From NCBI GenBank assembly GCA_964494385.1, contig CAZBSE010000003.1:7849-71848 (forward strand): a DNA stretch of 64,000 nucleotides, read 5' to 3'. Positions 18,023 to 28,598 of the stretch are shown in pieces. Below the pieces are notes generated by a model. It did not search any database. It saw nothing but the letters and a program-made list of their open reading frames with translations, and was not told the DNA's origin. The stretch comes from an uncultured Actinomycetota bacterium. Its GTDB lineage: Bacteria; Actinomycetota; Humimicrobiia; Humimicrobiales; Humimicrobiaceae. Within the stretch, counting starts at the first letter, position 1; every line of letters begins with the position of its first letter. Made by a program: the position numbers and the translations under genes.

Positions 18023-19891
18023 ATGGTTTACGATATTATAGTCGCAGGTGCGGGACACGCGGGTTGTGAAGCTGCACTTGCATCTGCGAGATTGGGATTA
18101 AAAACACTGCTGCTAACCATCAATGTGGATAAGATTGCTTTAATGCCCTGTAATCCGTCAATAGGGGGACTGGGAAAGAGTCAGCTTGTAAGAGAAATAG
18201 ATGCACTTGGCGGGCAGATGGCAAAAACTGCTGACAGGACTTTGATACAGATTAAAATTTTGAATAAAAGCAAGGGTCCTGCGGTCCAGGCTCTAAGAGC
18301 ACAGATAGACAAGAAGGAATATGAAATCGAAATGAAGAGGGTCTTAGAGAATACGGAAAATTTGACCTTAAGGCAGGGTACTGTAAAGAAAATATGCGTA
18401 AAGGATAATTCAGTAACCGGAGTAGAAGTAGAAAGCGGTATACGTTTTTCGGGGAAGGCTGTAATCATAGCCACTGGTACTTTTTTAAGGGGAAGAATAA
18501 TCATTGGAAAGAAAGATTATCCTGCGGGCCGCATGGGTGAATATCCTGCCATGAATCTTACGGGGAATTTAATAAACCTTGGGTTTAAAATAAGCAGGTT
18601 CCAAACCGCAACCCCACCCCGAATCGATAAAAGAACCATAAATTTTTCAAAAACTGCTGTACAGTATGGTGAAAGACAATATTTAAGCTTCTCTTTCTGG
18701 GATAAAGAGAAGATTCATGATAGCATCAAGTGCTACCTTACATATACCAATGAGAAGACTCATAAGGTGATTGCTGAAAATATTGAGCAATCTCCTATAA
18801 AATCCGGTATGATCAGCTCACATGGTCCTAGGCACTGTCCCTCCATAGACAGGAAGGTAATTAATTTTCCAGAAAAGAAAAGGCACCCGGTTTTTATTGA
18901 ACCAGAGGGGCTTTTTACAAATGAGATGTATCTGCAGGGATTAACCACGAGTATGCCCATGAAAGTGCAGCAGAAGATAATAAATACAGTGGAGGGATTG
19001 GAAGATGCAAGAATAATAAGACCGGGTTATGCCGTGGAATATGATTACATAATTCCAAATCAATTGAATTTTACTCTGGAATCTAAAATAGTTGAAAACC
19101 TGTATTTTGCAGGGCAGATAAATGGCACTTCGGGGTATGAGGAAGCTGCGGCACAGGGACTGATTGCGGGAATAAATGCAGCATTGAAAGTAATTTCCAG
19201 ACCTTCGTTAATTCTAACAAGAGATAATAGCTATATAGGAGTCTTGATAGACGATCTTTTGACAAAAAAACTTTTGGAGCCTTATAGGATGTACACTTCA
19301 AGGGCAGAATATAGACTGGTATTGCGTTCCGATAATGCCGATATAAGATTAAGCGGATTTGGAAATGATATCGGTCTTATAACTGACAGACAGTACAGCG
19401 GAGTGATTAAGAGAGAGAAAGAAATTAATAAATTGATTAAAAAGCTAAAAGCAAAAGTTTTAAATCCTGGCAAGGCTAACAATTCCGTTCTGCAGAGAAT
19501 GGGCATAAAACCAATTGATGCCCCCCTGAGCATTTACGGGCTTTTAAAGAGGCCCGGAGTAGATATAAAAAATACAGTGTGTTTGCTTAACAGCGGGAGT
19601 GGTGATTTTAGCAGAAATATTTTAAAACAAGCGGAGATCAGAATAAAATATGAGGGCTATATAAACAGACAATTAAGTGAAATTAAAAAATTGGAAAGCC
19701 TGGAGAAATATAATCTTCCGGAAGATTTTGATTATTATAAGATAATGGGGCTGGCTTATGAGGCCCAGGAAAAGCTTGCTAAAATTAAGCCCAATACTCT
19801 GGGGCAGGCTTCAAGAGTCGCAGGGGTATCTCCTGCGGATATTTCGATACTGATGTTAAACTTAAAAGGTAAATTAAAAACGGGTGCTTGA
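18023..19891 (+). CDS. mnmG: tRNA uridine 5-carboxymethylaminomethyl modification enzyme MnmG (GidA), full length
   Basis: The 622-aa protein has [10 protein letters not shown] at the N-terminus, the motifs [11 protein letters not shown] and GPRHCPSID, and the C-terminal helical domain. Confidence 0.9.
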   Translation: MVYDIIVAGAGHAGCEAALASARLGLKTLLLTINVDKIALMPCNPSIGGLGKSQLVREIDALGGQMAKTADRTLIQIKILNKSKGPAVQALRAQIDKKEYEIEMKRVLENTENLTLRQGTVKKICVKDNSVTGVEVESGIRFSGKAVIIATGTFLRGRIIIGKKDYPAGRMGEYPAMNLTGNLINLGFKISRFQTATPPRIDKRTINFSKTAVQYGERQYLSFSFWDKEKIHDSIKCYLTYTNEKTHKVIAENIEQSPIKSGMISSHGPRHCPSIDRKVINFPEKKRHPVFIEPEGLFTNEMYLQGLTTSMPMKVQQKIINTVEGLEDARIIRPGYAVEYDYIIPNQLNFTLESKIVENLYFAGQINGTSGYEEAAAQGLIAGINAALKVISRPSLILTRDNSYIGVLIDDLLTKKLLEPYRMYTSRAEYRLVLRSDNADIRLSGFGNDIGLITDRQYSGVIKREKEINKLIKKLKAKVLNPGKANNSVLQRMGIKPIDAPLSIYGLLKRPGVDIKNTVCLLNSGSGDFSRNILKQAEIRIKYEGYINRQLSEIKKLESLEKYNLPEDFDYYKIMGLAYEAQEKLAKIKPNTLGQASRVAGVSPADISILMLNLKGKLKTGA

Positions 19892-20625
19892 ATTTGGAAA
19901 TCGATAATATTTTGAGATTGTCGTTTCAAAAACTTGAAATAAAATTTTCTGCAGATCAACTTGAACAGGTAAAAAAATATTTAAACCTGCTTTATAAATA
20001 TAATAAAATGATAAATCTTGTAGGAACTAAGGATAAGGAAGGCATACTCATAAGGCATTTTCTGGACTGTCTTTCAATATTAAAATATGAAGGATATTTT
20101 TTTTATGGTACTGATTTCGTAGAAAAAATCCTCGATGCAGGAACAGGTTCAGGGCTGCCGGGTATTCTTCTATCTATTTTTTTAGAGGACAAATTATTTT
20201 ACTTGCTGGATAAAACACAAAAGAAGATAGATTTTTTAAAGCTTATGGTAAAAGAGCTGGGACTTAAAAATGTTACAGTAGTCAAAGGGAGAGCAGAGGA
20301 GCTCTCAAAAATAAATTCTTACAGAGAAACTTTTGATATAGTTCTGGCAAGAGCTGTGGCGAAATTTAATATATTAAGCGAATTTGTAATTCCATTTTGC
20401 AGAATAAATGGTAGAATTATATTTTATAAAGGAAGAAATATTTTTAATGAATTGGAAGAGAGCAGAGGAGCCGTATTGAAACTCGGGGGGAAGGTAGATA
20501 GTTTGTTAGAGATAGAAGTTCCATATCTTAATGAGTTTAGAGCTTTTTTAATAATCAAAAAAACAGAGAAGTCTCCCGAGCAGTACCCCCGAAAATTTCA
20601 AATAATTAAGAAGAAGCCATTGTAG
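19888..20625 (+). CDS. rsmG: 16S rRNA (guanine527-N7)-methyltransferase RsmG (GidB)
   Basis: It carries the SAM-binding motif [12 protein letters not shown]. It overlaps the mnmG stop by 4 nt. Confidence 0.85.
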   Translation: MNLEIDNILRLSFQKLEIKFSADQLEQVKKYLNLLYKYNKMINLVGTKDKEGILIRHFLDCLSILKYEGYFFYGTDFVEKILDAGTGSGLPGILLSIFLEDKLFYLLDKTQKKIDFLKLMVKELGLKNVTVVKGRAEELSKINSYRETFDIVLARAVAKFNILSEFVIPFCRINGRIIFYKGRNIFNELEESRGAVLKLGGKVDSLLEIEVPYLNEFRAFLIIKKTEKSPEQYPRKFQIIKKKPL

Positions 20626-20758
20626 AGGGCATTGTATTAATGCATTATAATGTATAATTGTCTAAAAGCATAAATGGGGGGATGTGCTATTATTGATGAG
20701 GTTTATAGATATGGTTATCAAGAATAGAAAAACAAGAGAAACCATAAGGAAAGGATAT

Positions 20759-21520
20759 ATGGGGAGGATAATTGCTATTACAAATCAAAAAGGCGGTGTA
20801 GGGAAAAGTACAACTGCAGTAAATGTAGCTGCTTATATGAGCTCTTACGGCTATAAGACTTTGCTTATAGATCTTGACCCTCAGAGCAATTCAACCAGTG
20901 GATTGGGTGTAAATCCTGCTGATATCAAAGAATCGGTTTATGAAGTTTTAATACATGAAAGGGACCCCAATGAGATAATCTTAAATTCTTCATATAAAAA
21001 TCTTAAAATCCTGCCCTCTTCCATACAGCTTGCCGGTGCGGAAGTAGAACTGGTTGCCAGCTTAAAGAGGGAGTTCAAGTTAAAAGAAGCGGTAGATAAA
21101 ATCAAAAAGGATTATGATTTTATCCTGATTGACTGCCCGCCGGCTCTGGGACTTTTGACCATTAATGCTCTAACTGCAGCAAGAGAGGTCATTATTCCCA
21201 TACAATGTGAATATTATGCCCTGGAGGGTCTGGGCCAGCTTTTAAATACCATAAACCTGGTTAAAAAAAATCTTAATAATAAATTAAAGATAAAGGGAGC
21301 CATAATGACTATGTACGATCCAAGGATAAAACTGGCCGAGCAGGTAATCGAGGAAGTCAAAAATTATTTTTCGGAAAAGGTTTACAGGACAGTCATTCCC
21401 AGAAATGTGAGGCTAAGCGAGGCACCAAGTTATGGCAAACCTATAGTAGAATATGACCCTAATTGCAAGGGCGCAGAGGCCTATAGCAATTTTACGAAGG
21501 AAGTGATAAAAAATGGTTAG
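20759..21520 (+). CDS. parA: chromosome partitioning ATPase ParA/Soj
   Basis: It has the deviant Walker A motif KGGVGKSTTAVN. The track ORF starts at 20684, but the Met at 20759 gives the canonical length of about 253 aa. Confidence 0.85.
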   Translation: MGRIIAITNQKGGVGKSTTAVNVAAYMSSYGYKTLLIDLDPQSNSTSGLGVNPADIKESVYEVLIHERDPNEIILNSSYKNLKILPSSIQLAGAEVELVASLKREFKLKEAVDKIKKDYDFILIDCPPALGLLTINALTAAREVIIPIQCEYYALEGLGQLLNTINLVKKNLNNKLKIKGAIMTMYDPRIKLAEQVIEEVKNYFSEKVYRTVIPRNVRLSEAPSYGKPIVEYDPNCKGAEAYSNFTKEVIKNG

Positions 21521-22370
21521 GAGGGGATTAGGCAGAGGTCTTAATGCATTGATTCCAAGCATAGATAAATCCTCTGAAGGTGAATCAAATACAATAGTTG
21601 AATTATCATTGGATAGAATTGTTCCAAATAAAAACCAGCCCAGGAATATATTCAATGATGATTCATTAAATGAACTGGCTGAATCAATCAAGAAATTCGG
21701 GATCATCCAGCCTATTGTGGTAAGAAGATTGAGCGGGGGAGATAAATATGAAATCATCACCGGAGAGAGAAGATACAGAGCTGTTAAAAAAATCGGTATC
21801 AATACCATTCCCTCAATAATAGCCAGAGATATTGACGATAGAACTTCTCTGGAAATGGCTCTGATAGAAAACTTGCAAAGGGATGACTTAAAACCAATGG
21901 AAAAAGCTTATACATTTAAGCAGCTTATAGATGAATTTAAAATTACTCATGACCAGCTTTCAAAAAGAATTGGTAAGAGCAGGGCAACAATAACTAATTT
22001 CCTGAGGTTGCTTTCTCTTCCTGCAGAAATCCAAAAGTTAATAGATGAAGGAAAATTAAGCGAAGGTCATGCAAGATCATTACTTCCCATAGAAGAAAGC
22101 GAGAGAGTAAAAATTGCTAATCTTATTGTTAAAGAAGGCTTAAGCGTAAGGGATGTGGAGAGAATAGCAAGCAGAAAAAATGAGCGCAGCAGGGAGATAA
22201 AAATTAGAAAAGTGGAGCAGCTGAGCAAGCTCCCGGAAATATCCAGGAGAATGACCGAGTATCTAAATGTTCCTGTAAAAATAACTATGGGGAGAAAAAA
22301 AGGAAAGATAATAATAGAGTTTGGCTCTATAAAGGGCTTAGAAAGAGTCGTGGATAAAATATTTGGTTAG
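21513..22370 (+). CDS. parB: chromosome partitioning protein ParB/Spo0J
   Basis: GERRYRAVKK matches the ParB box, and a HTH follows. It overlaps the parA stop. Confidence 0.9.
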   Translation: MVRRGLGRGLNALIPSIDKSSEGESNTIVELSLDRIVPNKNQPRNIFNDDSLNELAESIKKFGIIQPIVVRRLSGGDKYEIITGERRYRAVKKIGINTIPSIIARDIDDRTSLEMALIENLQRDDLKPMEKAYTFKQLIDEFKITHDQLSKRIGKSRATITNFLRLLSLPAEIQKLIDEGKLSEGHARSLLPIEESERVKIANLIVKEGLSVRDVERIASRKNERSREIKIRKVEQLSKLPEISRRMTEYLNVPVKITMGRKKGKIIIEFGSIKGLERVVDKIFG

Positions 22371-23250
22371 AAAACCTGATTGGCTTAAGAAAAGAATAAA
22401 TCTGAATAATTTAAATATCAGCAGGGTAAGAAACCTCATTTGCAGCCTACAACTTAATACTGTTTGCCAGAGTGCAAAGTGTCCCAATATTTTAGAATGT
22501 TTCAGTAAAAAAACGGCAACTTTTATGCTGATGGGCGATGTCTGTACCAGAAATTGCGGTTTCTGCGGAATAAAAACGGGAGTACCGAAAGCTCCAGACC
22601 AGGAGGAACCTTACAGAGTGGCAAGGGCAGTAAGAGAAGCGGAGTTGAAATATGTGGTTATCACTTCGGTGACCAGAGATGACCTAAGCGACGGCGGTAG
22701 CTCACATTTTGCAAAAACTGTAATTGAGATAAGAAAACTTAATCCCGGTATAAGAATAGAATGTTTGATCCCTGATTTTAAAGGGGATATCAGGAATCTG
22801 GAAGTACTTGTGAAGCAGCATCCTGATGTGTTAAGTCATAATATGGAAACAGTTAAAAGAAATTACGCTAAAGCCAGGAAAGAAGCAGATTATAAGGTAT
22901 CACTTAATATACTGAAATCAGCAAAATCGATAAAAACTTATATTTATACTAAATCCGGATTTATGCTGGGCCTTGGAGAAACCAGAAAGGAAATAATACA
23001 ACTGCTTTCAGATTTAAAAAAGGCGGGCTGTGATATTGTGACTATGGGTCAGTACCTCAAGCCTTCCGGATCAAATCTTTCGGTAGAAAAATATTACAGA
23101 CCGGAAGAATTTGAGGATTTAAAAAAACTGGCGGAAAGTTTTAATTTTAAAGCGGTGATGAGCGGTGTATTTGTGAGGTCTTCTTATGGTGCAGAAGCTA
23201 TAATGAAAAAAATTTTGGAAGAAAAAGAAGTATGCAACCAATTAAAATAA
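22363..23250 (+). CDS. lipA: lipoyl synthase
   Basis: The radical-SAM CTRNCGFCGI motif is present, together with an N-terminal auxiliary-cluster Cys motif. Confidence 0.9.
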   Translation: MVRKPDWLKKRINLNNLNISRVRNLICSLQLNTVCQSAKCPNILECFSKKTATFMLMGDVCTRNCGFCGIKTGVPKAPDQEEPYRVARAVREAELKYVVITSVTRDDLSDGGSSHFAKTVIEIRKLNPGIRIECLIPDFKGDIRNLEVLVKQHPDVLSHNMETVKRNYAKARKEADYKVSLNILKSAKSIKTYIYTKSGFMLGLGETRKEIIQLLSDLKKAGCDIVTMGQYLKPSGSNLSVEKYYRPEEFEDLKKLAESFNFKAVMSGVFVRSSYGAEAIMKKILEEKEVCNQLK

Positions 23251-23296
23251 AGCTAAACCGGATTGTTACATTAATATCCCGGAAGGTAGTGGATAA

Positions 23297-23683
23297 GTGA
23301 AAGGCGTATATTGCCTGCTTATAAACTGCAGGAAGCAACAATCAATAAGAATAGGTAATCTTGGGATTATTAATTTTAGGAAAGGCTTTTACTTATATGT
23401 GGGTTCGGCTCAAAATAGTATAGAAGGAAGGGTATCAAGACATCTGAGAAGTAAAAAAAGGAAATTTTGGCACATAGATTATTTTTTATCGAATAAGTAT
23501 GTAAATATTGACCATGTTTACTGTATTGCAGCCAAAAAAAAGATGGAGTGTAATATTGCAAAAAAAGTGAGAGCTGCAGCGCAGCCCGTAATGAAGTTTG
23601 GATCTTCGGACTGCAGGTGCGGGAGCCATCTCTTTTTTGTTAATAATCAGGAACGGAATTTGACCGATTTTTTATTTGTTTGA
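23297..23683 (+). CDS. DUF123 (GIY-YIG-like) domain protein
   Basis: GVYCLL...IRIGNLG...GFYLYVGSA...RVSRHL...FWHIDYFL follows the DUF123 pattern. Confidence 0.5.
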   Translation: MKGVYCLLINCRKQQSIRIGNLGIINFRKGFYLYVGSAQNSIEGRVSRHLRSKKRKFWHIDYFLSNKYVNIDHVYCIAAKKKMECNIAKKVRAAAQPVMKFGSSDCRCGSHLFFVNNQERNLTDFLFV

Positions 23684-23751
23684 TATATGGTAGTATATTT
23701 TGAAAATTTATCTGGAAAAAAATTATAAATGTTTAATATGGAGGTGGAGGT

Positions 23752-24663
23752 ATGAAAATGAAATTTATCCCCAGGATAATTATAGGAGTGGTCATATTTA
23801 TTGTAGTACTGCTGCTGCTTCTAAACAGTTTTGTTATAGTCCAAGCCGGAAATATAAGGGTGCTTACCCAGTTCGGGAGGACAATGGGAGTTACTTTTGG
23901 TCCCGGAATACATATAAAAATACCGTTCATACAGAATACAGTTAATTATTCAACCAGGCAGGTAACTTATGAGACAAGTGATTTTCCGGAAACCAGCCAG
24001 TCCAGTTTCCCTGACTATGTAGTGGATACGACTTCTTCGGACGGACAGCAGATAACGCTAAAATACACTATAAGGTTTTCCATAGACGGCAAACAGGCTG
24101 AATGGATATTGAATAATATAGGGACCATGGATAACCTGGTGGAAAAAGTGGTTAAAACTGAAGCCAGGTCTCTTTCAAGAAATATTCCTAAAAAATATAC
24201 CGCCGCCCAGCTTTATTCCGAACAGGTATTTGATGTTCAGGAAGAAATAGGAAGTGCTTTAAAACCGATATTTGAGAAAAATGGGATAATACTGGATGAG
24301 TTTTTACTAAGAAAAATAGACTTTACTGAAGAATATTTTAATATACTGGAAGAGAAACAAATTGCAGAGGAAAAGATTGTGGTAGAGCAGAATATCCTTG
24401 AGCAGGAAAAAATTAAGAAGGAACAGGTAATAATACAGGCCGAGGCAGAAGCAAGGCAGATTGAAATTAAGGGCGAAGCTCTTAAGGAATATCCTCAGAT
24501 AATACAGCTTGAGTTTATACAGAAATTGTCACCCAATATCTCCTGGGGAATTTTACCTGAGGAAGGAATTATTCCAATTATCGATTTGAGCAATCTGCAG
24601 GGACAGCTGGAAGATTCTTACCAGTATATACCGCAAGAAGGGACACAGGAGGAGAGCGAATAA
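23752..24663 (+). CDS. SPFH/band-7 (prohibitin/HflC-like) membrane protein
   Basis: It has an N-terminal TM helix, then an SPFH core, then an EQ-rich coiled-coil tail. Confidence 0.65.
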   Translation: MKMKFIPRIIIGVVIFIVVLLLLLNSFVIVQAGNIRVLTQFGRTMGVTFGPGIHIKIPFIQNTVNYSTRQVTYETSDFPETSQSSFPDYVVDTTSSDGQQITLKYTIRFSIDGKQAEWILNNIGTMDNLVEKVVKTEARSLSRNIPKKYTAAQLYSEQVFDVQEEIGSALKPIFEKNGIILDEFLLRKIDFTEEYFNILEEKQIAEEKIVVEQNILEQEKIKKEQVIIQAEAEARQIEIKGEALKEYPQIIQLEFIQKLSPNISWGILPEEGIIPIIDLSNLQGQLEDSYQYIPQEGTQEESE

Positions 24664-24795
24664 TTTTAAATACTTAAAATAAAATTTTAATTCAAGCGAA
24701 TACTATATAATTTATTATAGATAATATAAAATACAGGCTGCTGGAACAAGCAGCCTGTATATTTAATACTATGCCATTTTAGCAAGGAAATATAA

Positions 24796-25584
24796 TTGAT
24801 AAGATTAATTGCCATTGATTTAGACGGGACACTGTTAAACTCAAAATCCAGCATAAGCATCAGGAACAAAGAAGCTATCGAAAAATGTTTAAAAAGAGGA
24901 ATAAAAGTTATCTTATCCACAGGGAAGACTATTTTTTCAGTAGGGAAGCTAATCAGAGAACTTCACCTGACTGATCCGCAAATAGCAGCAGGAGGAGCTG
25001 CTATCATAGACAGGGAATTAAATTTGCTTTTAACGTTAAAAGTTCCCCAGGCATCATATATTGGGGTTGTAAAAATGGCCCGGGTTTGGGGAAGGGGCCA
25101 TGCCGTACAAACCACAGATGGCGTACTTTATTATGATAGGGAACACCCCCTTTTTAAATATTTGACAGCAGCCGATGAACCCTTAAAAAAAGTAAGAGAC
25201 CTGACATCCAGCCATATTGCTGAAAATTCACTTATTCTTACACTGACTATTGATTGTAATGACAGTTTTAATGAATATCTAAAGTCCAATATCGGAAATG
25301 ACATAAAGGTAAGGAGGGGCGGGCCCTATTTTTTAAATGTTTTAAATAAGGAGGCAGGAAAAGTCTTTGGAATTAAAAAAATATTGGAAATAACGGGAAT
25401 AAAGCAAAGCCAGGTCCTGGCAATAGGCGACAGTGAGAATGATCTGGGAGTTATAAAATTTGCCGGTACTGGTGTTGCCATGGAAAATTCTCCGCAGGCA
25501 GTAAAAAGAGCTGCCGATTATGTGGTAAGTAAAAATGATAAAGACGGAGTAGCCGAAGCAATATATAAATATTTAGATCTCTAA
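24796..25584 (+). CDS. Cof-type HAD-IIB family hydrolase/phosphatase
   Basis: The N-terminal IAIDLDGTLL motif and the C-terminal GDSENDL motif are both present. Confidence 0.8.
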   Translation: MIRLIAIDLDGTLLNSKSSISIRNKEAIEKCLKRGIKVILSTGKTIFSVGKLIRELHLTDPQIAAGGAAIIDRELNLLLTLKVPQASYIGVVKMARVWGRGHAVQTTDGVLYYDREHPLFKYLTAADEPLKKVRDLTSSHIAENSLILTLTIDCNDSFNEYLKSNIGNDIKVRRGGPYFLNVLNKEAGKVFGIKKILEITGIKQSQVLAIGDSENDLGVIKFAGTGVAMENSPQAVKRAADYVVSKNDKDGVAEAIYKYLDL

Positions 25585-25952
25585 AAAATAACTTAAAATT
25601 CTCAGGTGAAAATTTAAATGATCGATTATAAAAAATTATAGCCTATAATTTTAAACCTGATGTAATGTTAAAATATTATTAAAATGAGCCATCGTAAGGG
25701 CACTTCAGGAAAATAATGTTGTTGTATGGTATAATTTTTTAAGTATGTAAATAATTGTAATTATTTAATCTACATGGTAGCAGCGATGTTTTTTCCTCAT
25801 AATTAATATAAATTTTGTTACTAATGGATTATGATCAAAATTTTATGATTATTAACGGAAGCTGCCGCCGGAAGTATTAATATCTTTTATTATCGATACA
25901 AAGATTGCAAAAAAGCTTAATATATTTTAAAAGGTAAGAGAAAAATTAAAAA

Positions 25953-26558
25953 ATGAGCGATGTTAGAAAGAAATTTTCAGATTATATTGAAAGAATTAAA
26001 ACATATAATAAAATTGCGGGAATCAATAAGATTGTAAGAAGATATTTTGCCATAAATGGCTTTGATGGGGTGATTACCAGCATAGGTGTTCTTGTAGGGA
26101 ACTATATTATAAGAGCCACGGAATATACAAATGTGATAATAGCCGGAGGCGCCATATGTATTTCTCTTGGTGTTTCCGGAGTCTGGAGTGCTTATAATAG
26201 TGAAACTGCTGAAAGAAAAAAGGAGCTGAAAGATTTGGAAGAATCAACCCTTTATAATCTGGATAAGACAATAATATCAGATGCTCAGAAATTTTCTACA
26301 AAAGTGCTTGCTATGGTAAACGGAGTATCACCGGTGGTAACGGCATTTATTCCTTTGGTACCTTTCATTTTCGGGAAATATATACCCATAAATATCTGCT
26401 ATTACAGTGGTTTTGCTCTGGCATTTTTAATATTATTTGGAATAGGCATGTTTCTGGGGAAAATATCCCGGAGTAATCTTATAATCAGCGGCGCAAAGAT
26501 GCTTATCGCAGGTATTTTCTGTATTATTTTAAGCCTGCTGTTAAAATTAATTGGATAG
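25953..26558 (+). CDS. VIT1/CCC1-like (DUF125) membrane protein, putative metal transporter
   Basis: INGFDGVITSIGVLVG resembles the VIT family GANDGxVS motif. About 5 TM segments are predicted. Confidence 0.4.
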   Translation: MSDVRKKFSDYIERIKTYNKIAGINKIVRRYFAINGFDGVITSIGVLVGNYIIRATEYTNVIIAGGAICISLGVSGVWSAYNSETAERKKELKDLEESTLYNLDKTIISDAQKFSTKVLAMVNGVSPVVTAFIPLVPFIFGKYIPINICYYSGFALAFLILFGIGMFLGKISRSNLIISGAKMLIAGIFCIILSLLLKLIG

Positions 26559-26701
26559 TTTAAGGCAATTTAAGAATAAATCAGAAATGCCGCCACCGTG
26601 CTAAACTCAGCTAAAATTCAGTTAAATTAGAAATAAGACCTTAACTTTAATCAGTCAAGGTCTTATTTTTTATATGTCCGGTTTTATTAAAAATTTAGAT
26701 G

Positions 26702-28039
26702 TTATAGTATTGAAAGATAAGAATCCAGCTCATACTTGGAAACGTGGGTTCTGTACCTGTCCCATTCAATTTTTTTATTTTCTATAAATTTATTGAATAT
26801 ATGATCCCCAAGAGTTTCCCTTACTAACTTACTGCCTTCCATGAACTTTAATGCTTCAAGTAAATTGTCGGGAAGAGTATCTATGCCTGCTTCTTCTCTT
26901 CTCCCGGCATCCATCTCAAAGATGTTTTCTTCTATAGGTTCGGTAAGTTTGTATTTATTTTTTATACCTTCCAGACCGGACGCCAGCATTACGCTAAAGG
27001 CAAGGTAGGGATTGCAGGCAGGGTCAGGACATCTGAATTCTATTCTGGTCGATGTTTCCTTTCCAGGCTTATACATTGGTACCCTTACAAGGGTGGACCT
27101 GTTTCTCCTGGCCCAGGATATATAAACCGGAGCCTCATATCCGGGTACCAGCCTCTTATAAGAGTTAACCCATTGATTGGTTATAGCTACTATTTCTTTG
27201 CAATGCTTGAGTGTTCCGGCAATATAACTCTTACCTATATCAGACAGGTGATATTTATCACTTGCATTATAAAATGCGTTTTTATCTCCTTTGAAAAGAG
27301 ATTGGTGGGTGTGCATGCCGCTTCCGTTCTCCCCGAATAAAGGCTTGGGCATAAAAGTGGCATAAACGCCATTTCTGGTGGCAACTTCTTTTACTATGAT
27401 CCTGTAGGTCATGGCATTATCCGCCATAGTCAGGGCATCGGTATACCTTAAATCTATTTCATGCTGCGAAGGAGCCACCTCATGGTGAGAATATTCCACG
27501 CCGATTCCCATCGACTCTAGGTATAGCACAGTAGTTCTCCTCAGCTCACTGGCTACATCCAGAGTAGTCAGGTCAAAATACCCGCCTTTATCCAGTATTT
27601 CAGGATTGCCCTCATCACTTTTAAAGTAAAAGAACTCCAGCTCCGGCCCAACGTAAAAAGTATATCCCATATCTTTTACTTTTTTTAGCATTCTCTTGAG
27701 CACCCACCGCGGATCACCTTTAAAATTTGAGCCATCCGGTTCAAGTATATCGCAGAACATCCTGGCAACACCGTTTTCCTTATGGCTCCAGGGAAGTATC
27801 TGGAAAGTGCTGGGATCAGGCATAGCGATAACATCGCTTTCTTCTATTCTTGAAAATCCTTCGATAGAAGACCCATCAAACCCCATACCTTCCGATAATG
27901 CACCTTCAAGTTCTTCTACGGTAATGGCAAAACTTTTTAAAAAACCCTGAACATCCGTAAACCAGAATCTTATAAATTTTATGTTATTGTCATGGGCCTT
28001 TTTTAATACATATTCTTTCATTTCATCGTTTTTTCCCAT
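26702..28039 (-). CDS. glnA: glutamine synthetase type I (short GSI-alpha form)
   Basis: It carries the GS catalytic motifs KPLFGENGSGMHTHQS and NPYLAF. It is 445 aa long. Confidence 0.9.
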   Translation of the reverse strand: MGKNDEMKEYVLKKAHDNNIKFIRFWFTDVQGFLKSFAITVEELEGALSEGMGFDGSSIEGFSRIEESDVIAMPDPSTFQILPWSHKENGVARMFCDILEPDGSNFKGDPRWVLKRMLKKVKDMGYTFYVGPELEFFYFKSDEGNPEILDKGGYFDLTTLDVASELRRTTVLYLESMGIGVEYSHHEVAPSQHEIDLRYTDALTMADNAMTYRIIVKEVATRNGVYATFMPKPLFGENGSGMHTHQSLFKGDKNAFYNASDKYHLSDIGKSYIAGTLKHCKEIVAITNQWVNSYKRLVPGYEAPVYISWARRNRSTLVRVPMYKPGKETSTRIEFRCPDPACNPYLAFSVMLASGLEGIKNKYKLTEPIEENIFEMDAGRREEAGIDTLPDNLLEALKFMEGSKLVRETLGDHIFNKFIENKKIEWDRYRTHVSKYELDSYLSIL

Positions 28040-28218
28040 ACCATCACTTCCTTTAATCTTTTATTAAATATTATACTTATGTTCTGTTTCAGGTCTTTTT
28101 TTGGCGTTTAAGCAAATTCATAGATTGGAGAATATTATAACTTAATTTTTAGAAAAATTTATATAAAATATGTTAAATCTATGTTAAATATTTCTCCAAC
28201 CTCCTATTTAAAGCGGGT

Positions 28219-28560
28219 CTAGCCAATAGCTTCCTTTCCCTCTTCCCCGGTTCTGATCCTAATACATTTGGGAAGGTCCAGAACAAATATCTTACCGTCT
28301 CCAATATTACCGCTGTAGGCACCCTTTTTGATTGCCTCAATTGTCGGTTCAACAAAATCCTCGTTTACCGCTATTTCCAGTCTTAATTTTTTAATGAGAT
28401 TGACTTCGTGTATAACCCCCCTGTAAGTTTCAGTATAACCCTTTTGCTGGCCGCAGCCAAGAACGTTGGTTATGGTCATCTTGTATATTTCATTATCAAA
28501 TAATTCCTTTTTTACATCGGGCAGCTTATGCGGCTGAATCATGGCAATAATTAATTTCAT
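28219..28560 (-). CDS. glnK: nitrogen regulatory protein P-II
   Basis: It is 113 aa long with the T-loop [13 protein letters not shown] and the C-terminal GDGKIFV..IRIRTGE. It lies immediately downstream of amt. Confidence 0.9.
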   Translation of the reverse strand: MKLIIAMIQPHKLPDVKKELFDNEIYKMTITNVLGCGQQKGYTETYRGVIHEVNLIKKLRLEIAVNEDFVEPTIEAIKKGAYSGNIGDGKIFVLDLPKCIRIRTGEEGKEAIG

Positions 28561-28598
28561 TTTTACATCCTCCTTTGCTATGGTGGATTGATAATATT

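Noticed and set aside
23700-23945. ORFs 23700..23945 (+) and 23733..23930 (-) overlapping the SPFH gene start, and 24687..24920 (-) overlapping the Cof hydrolase start.
   Set aside because: They overlap better-supported genes and have no motifs or RBS support.
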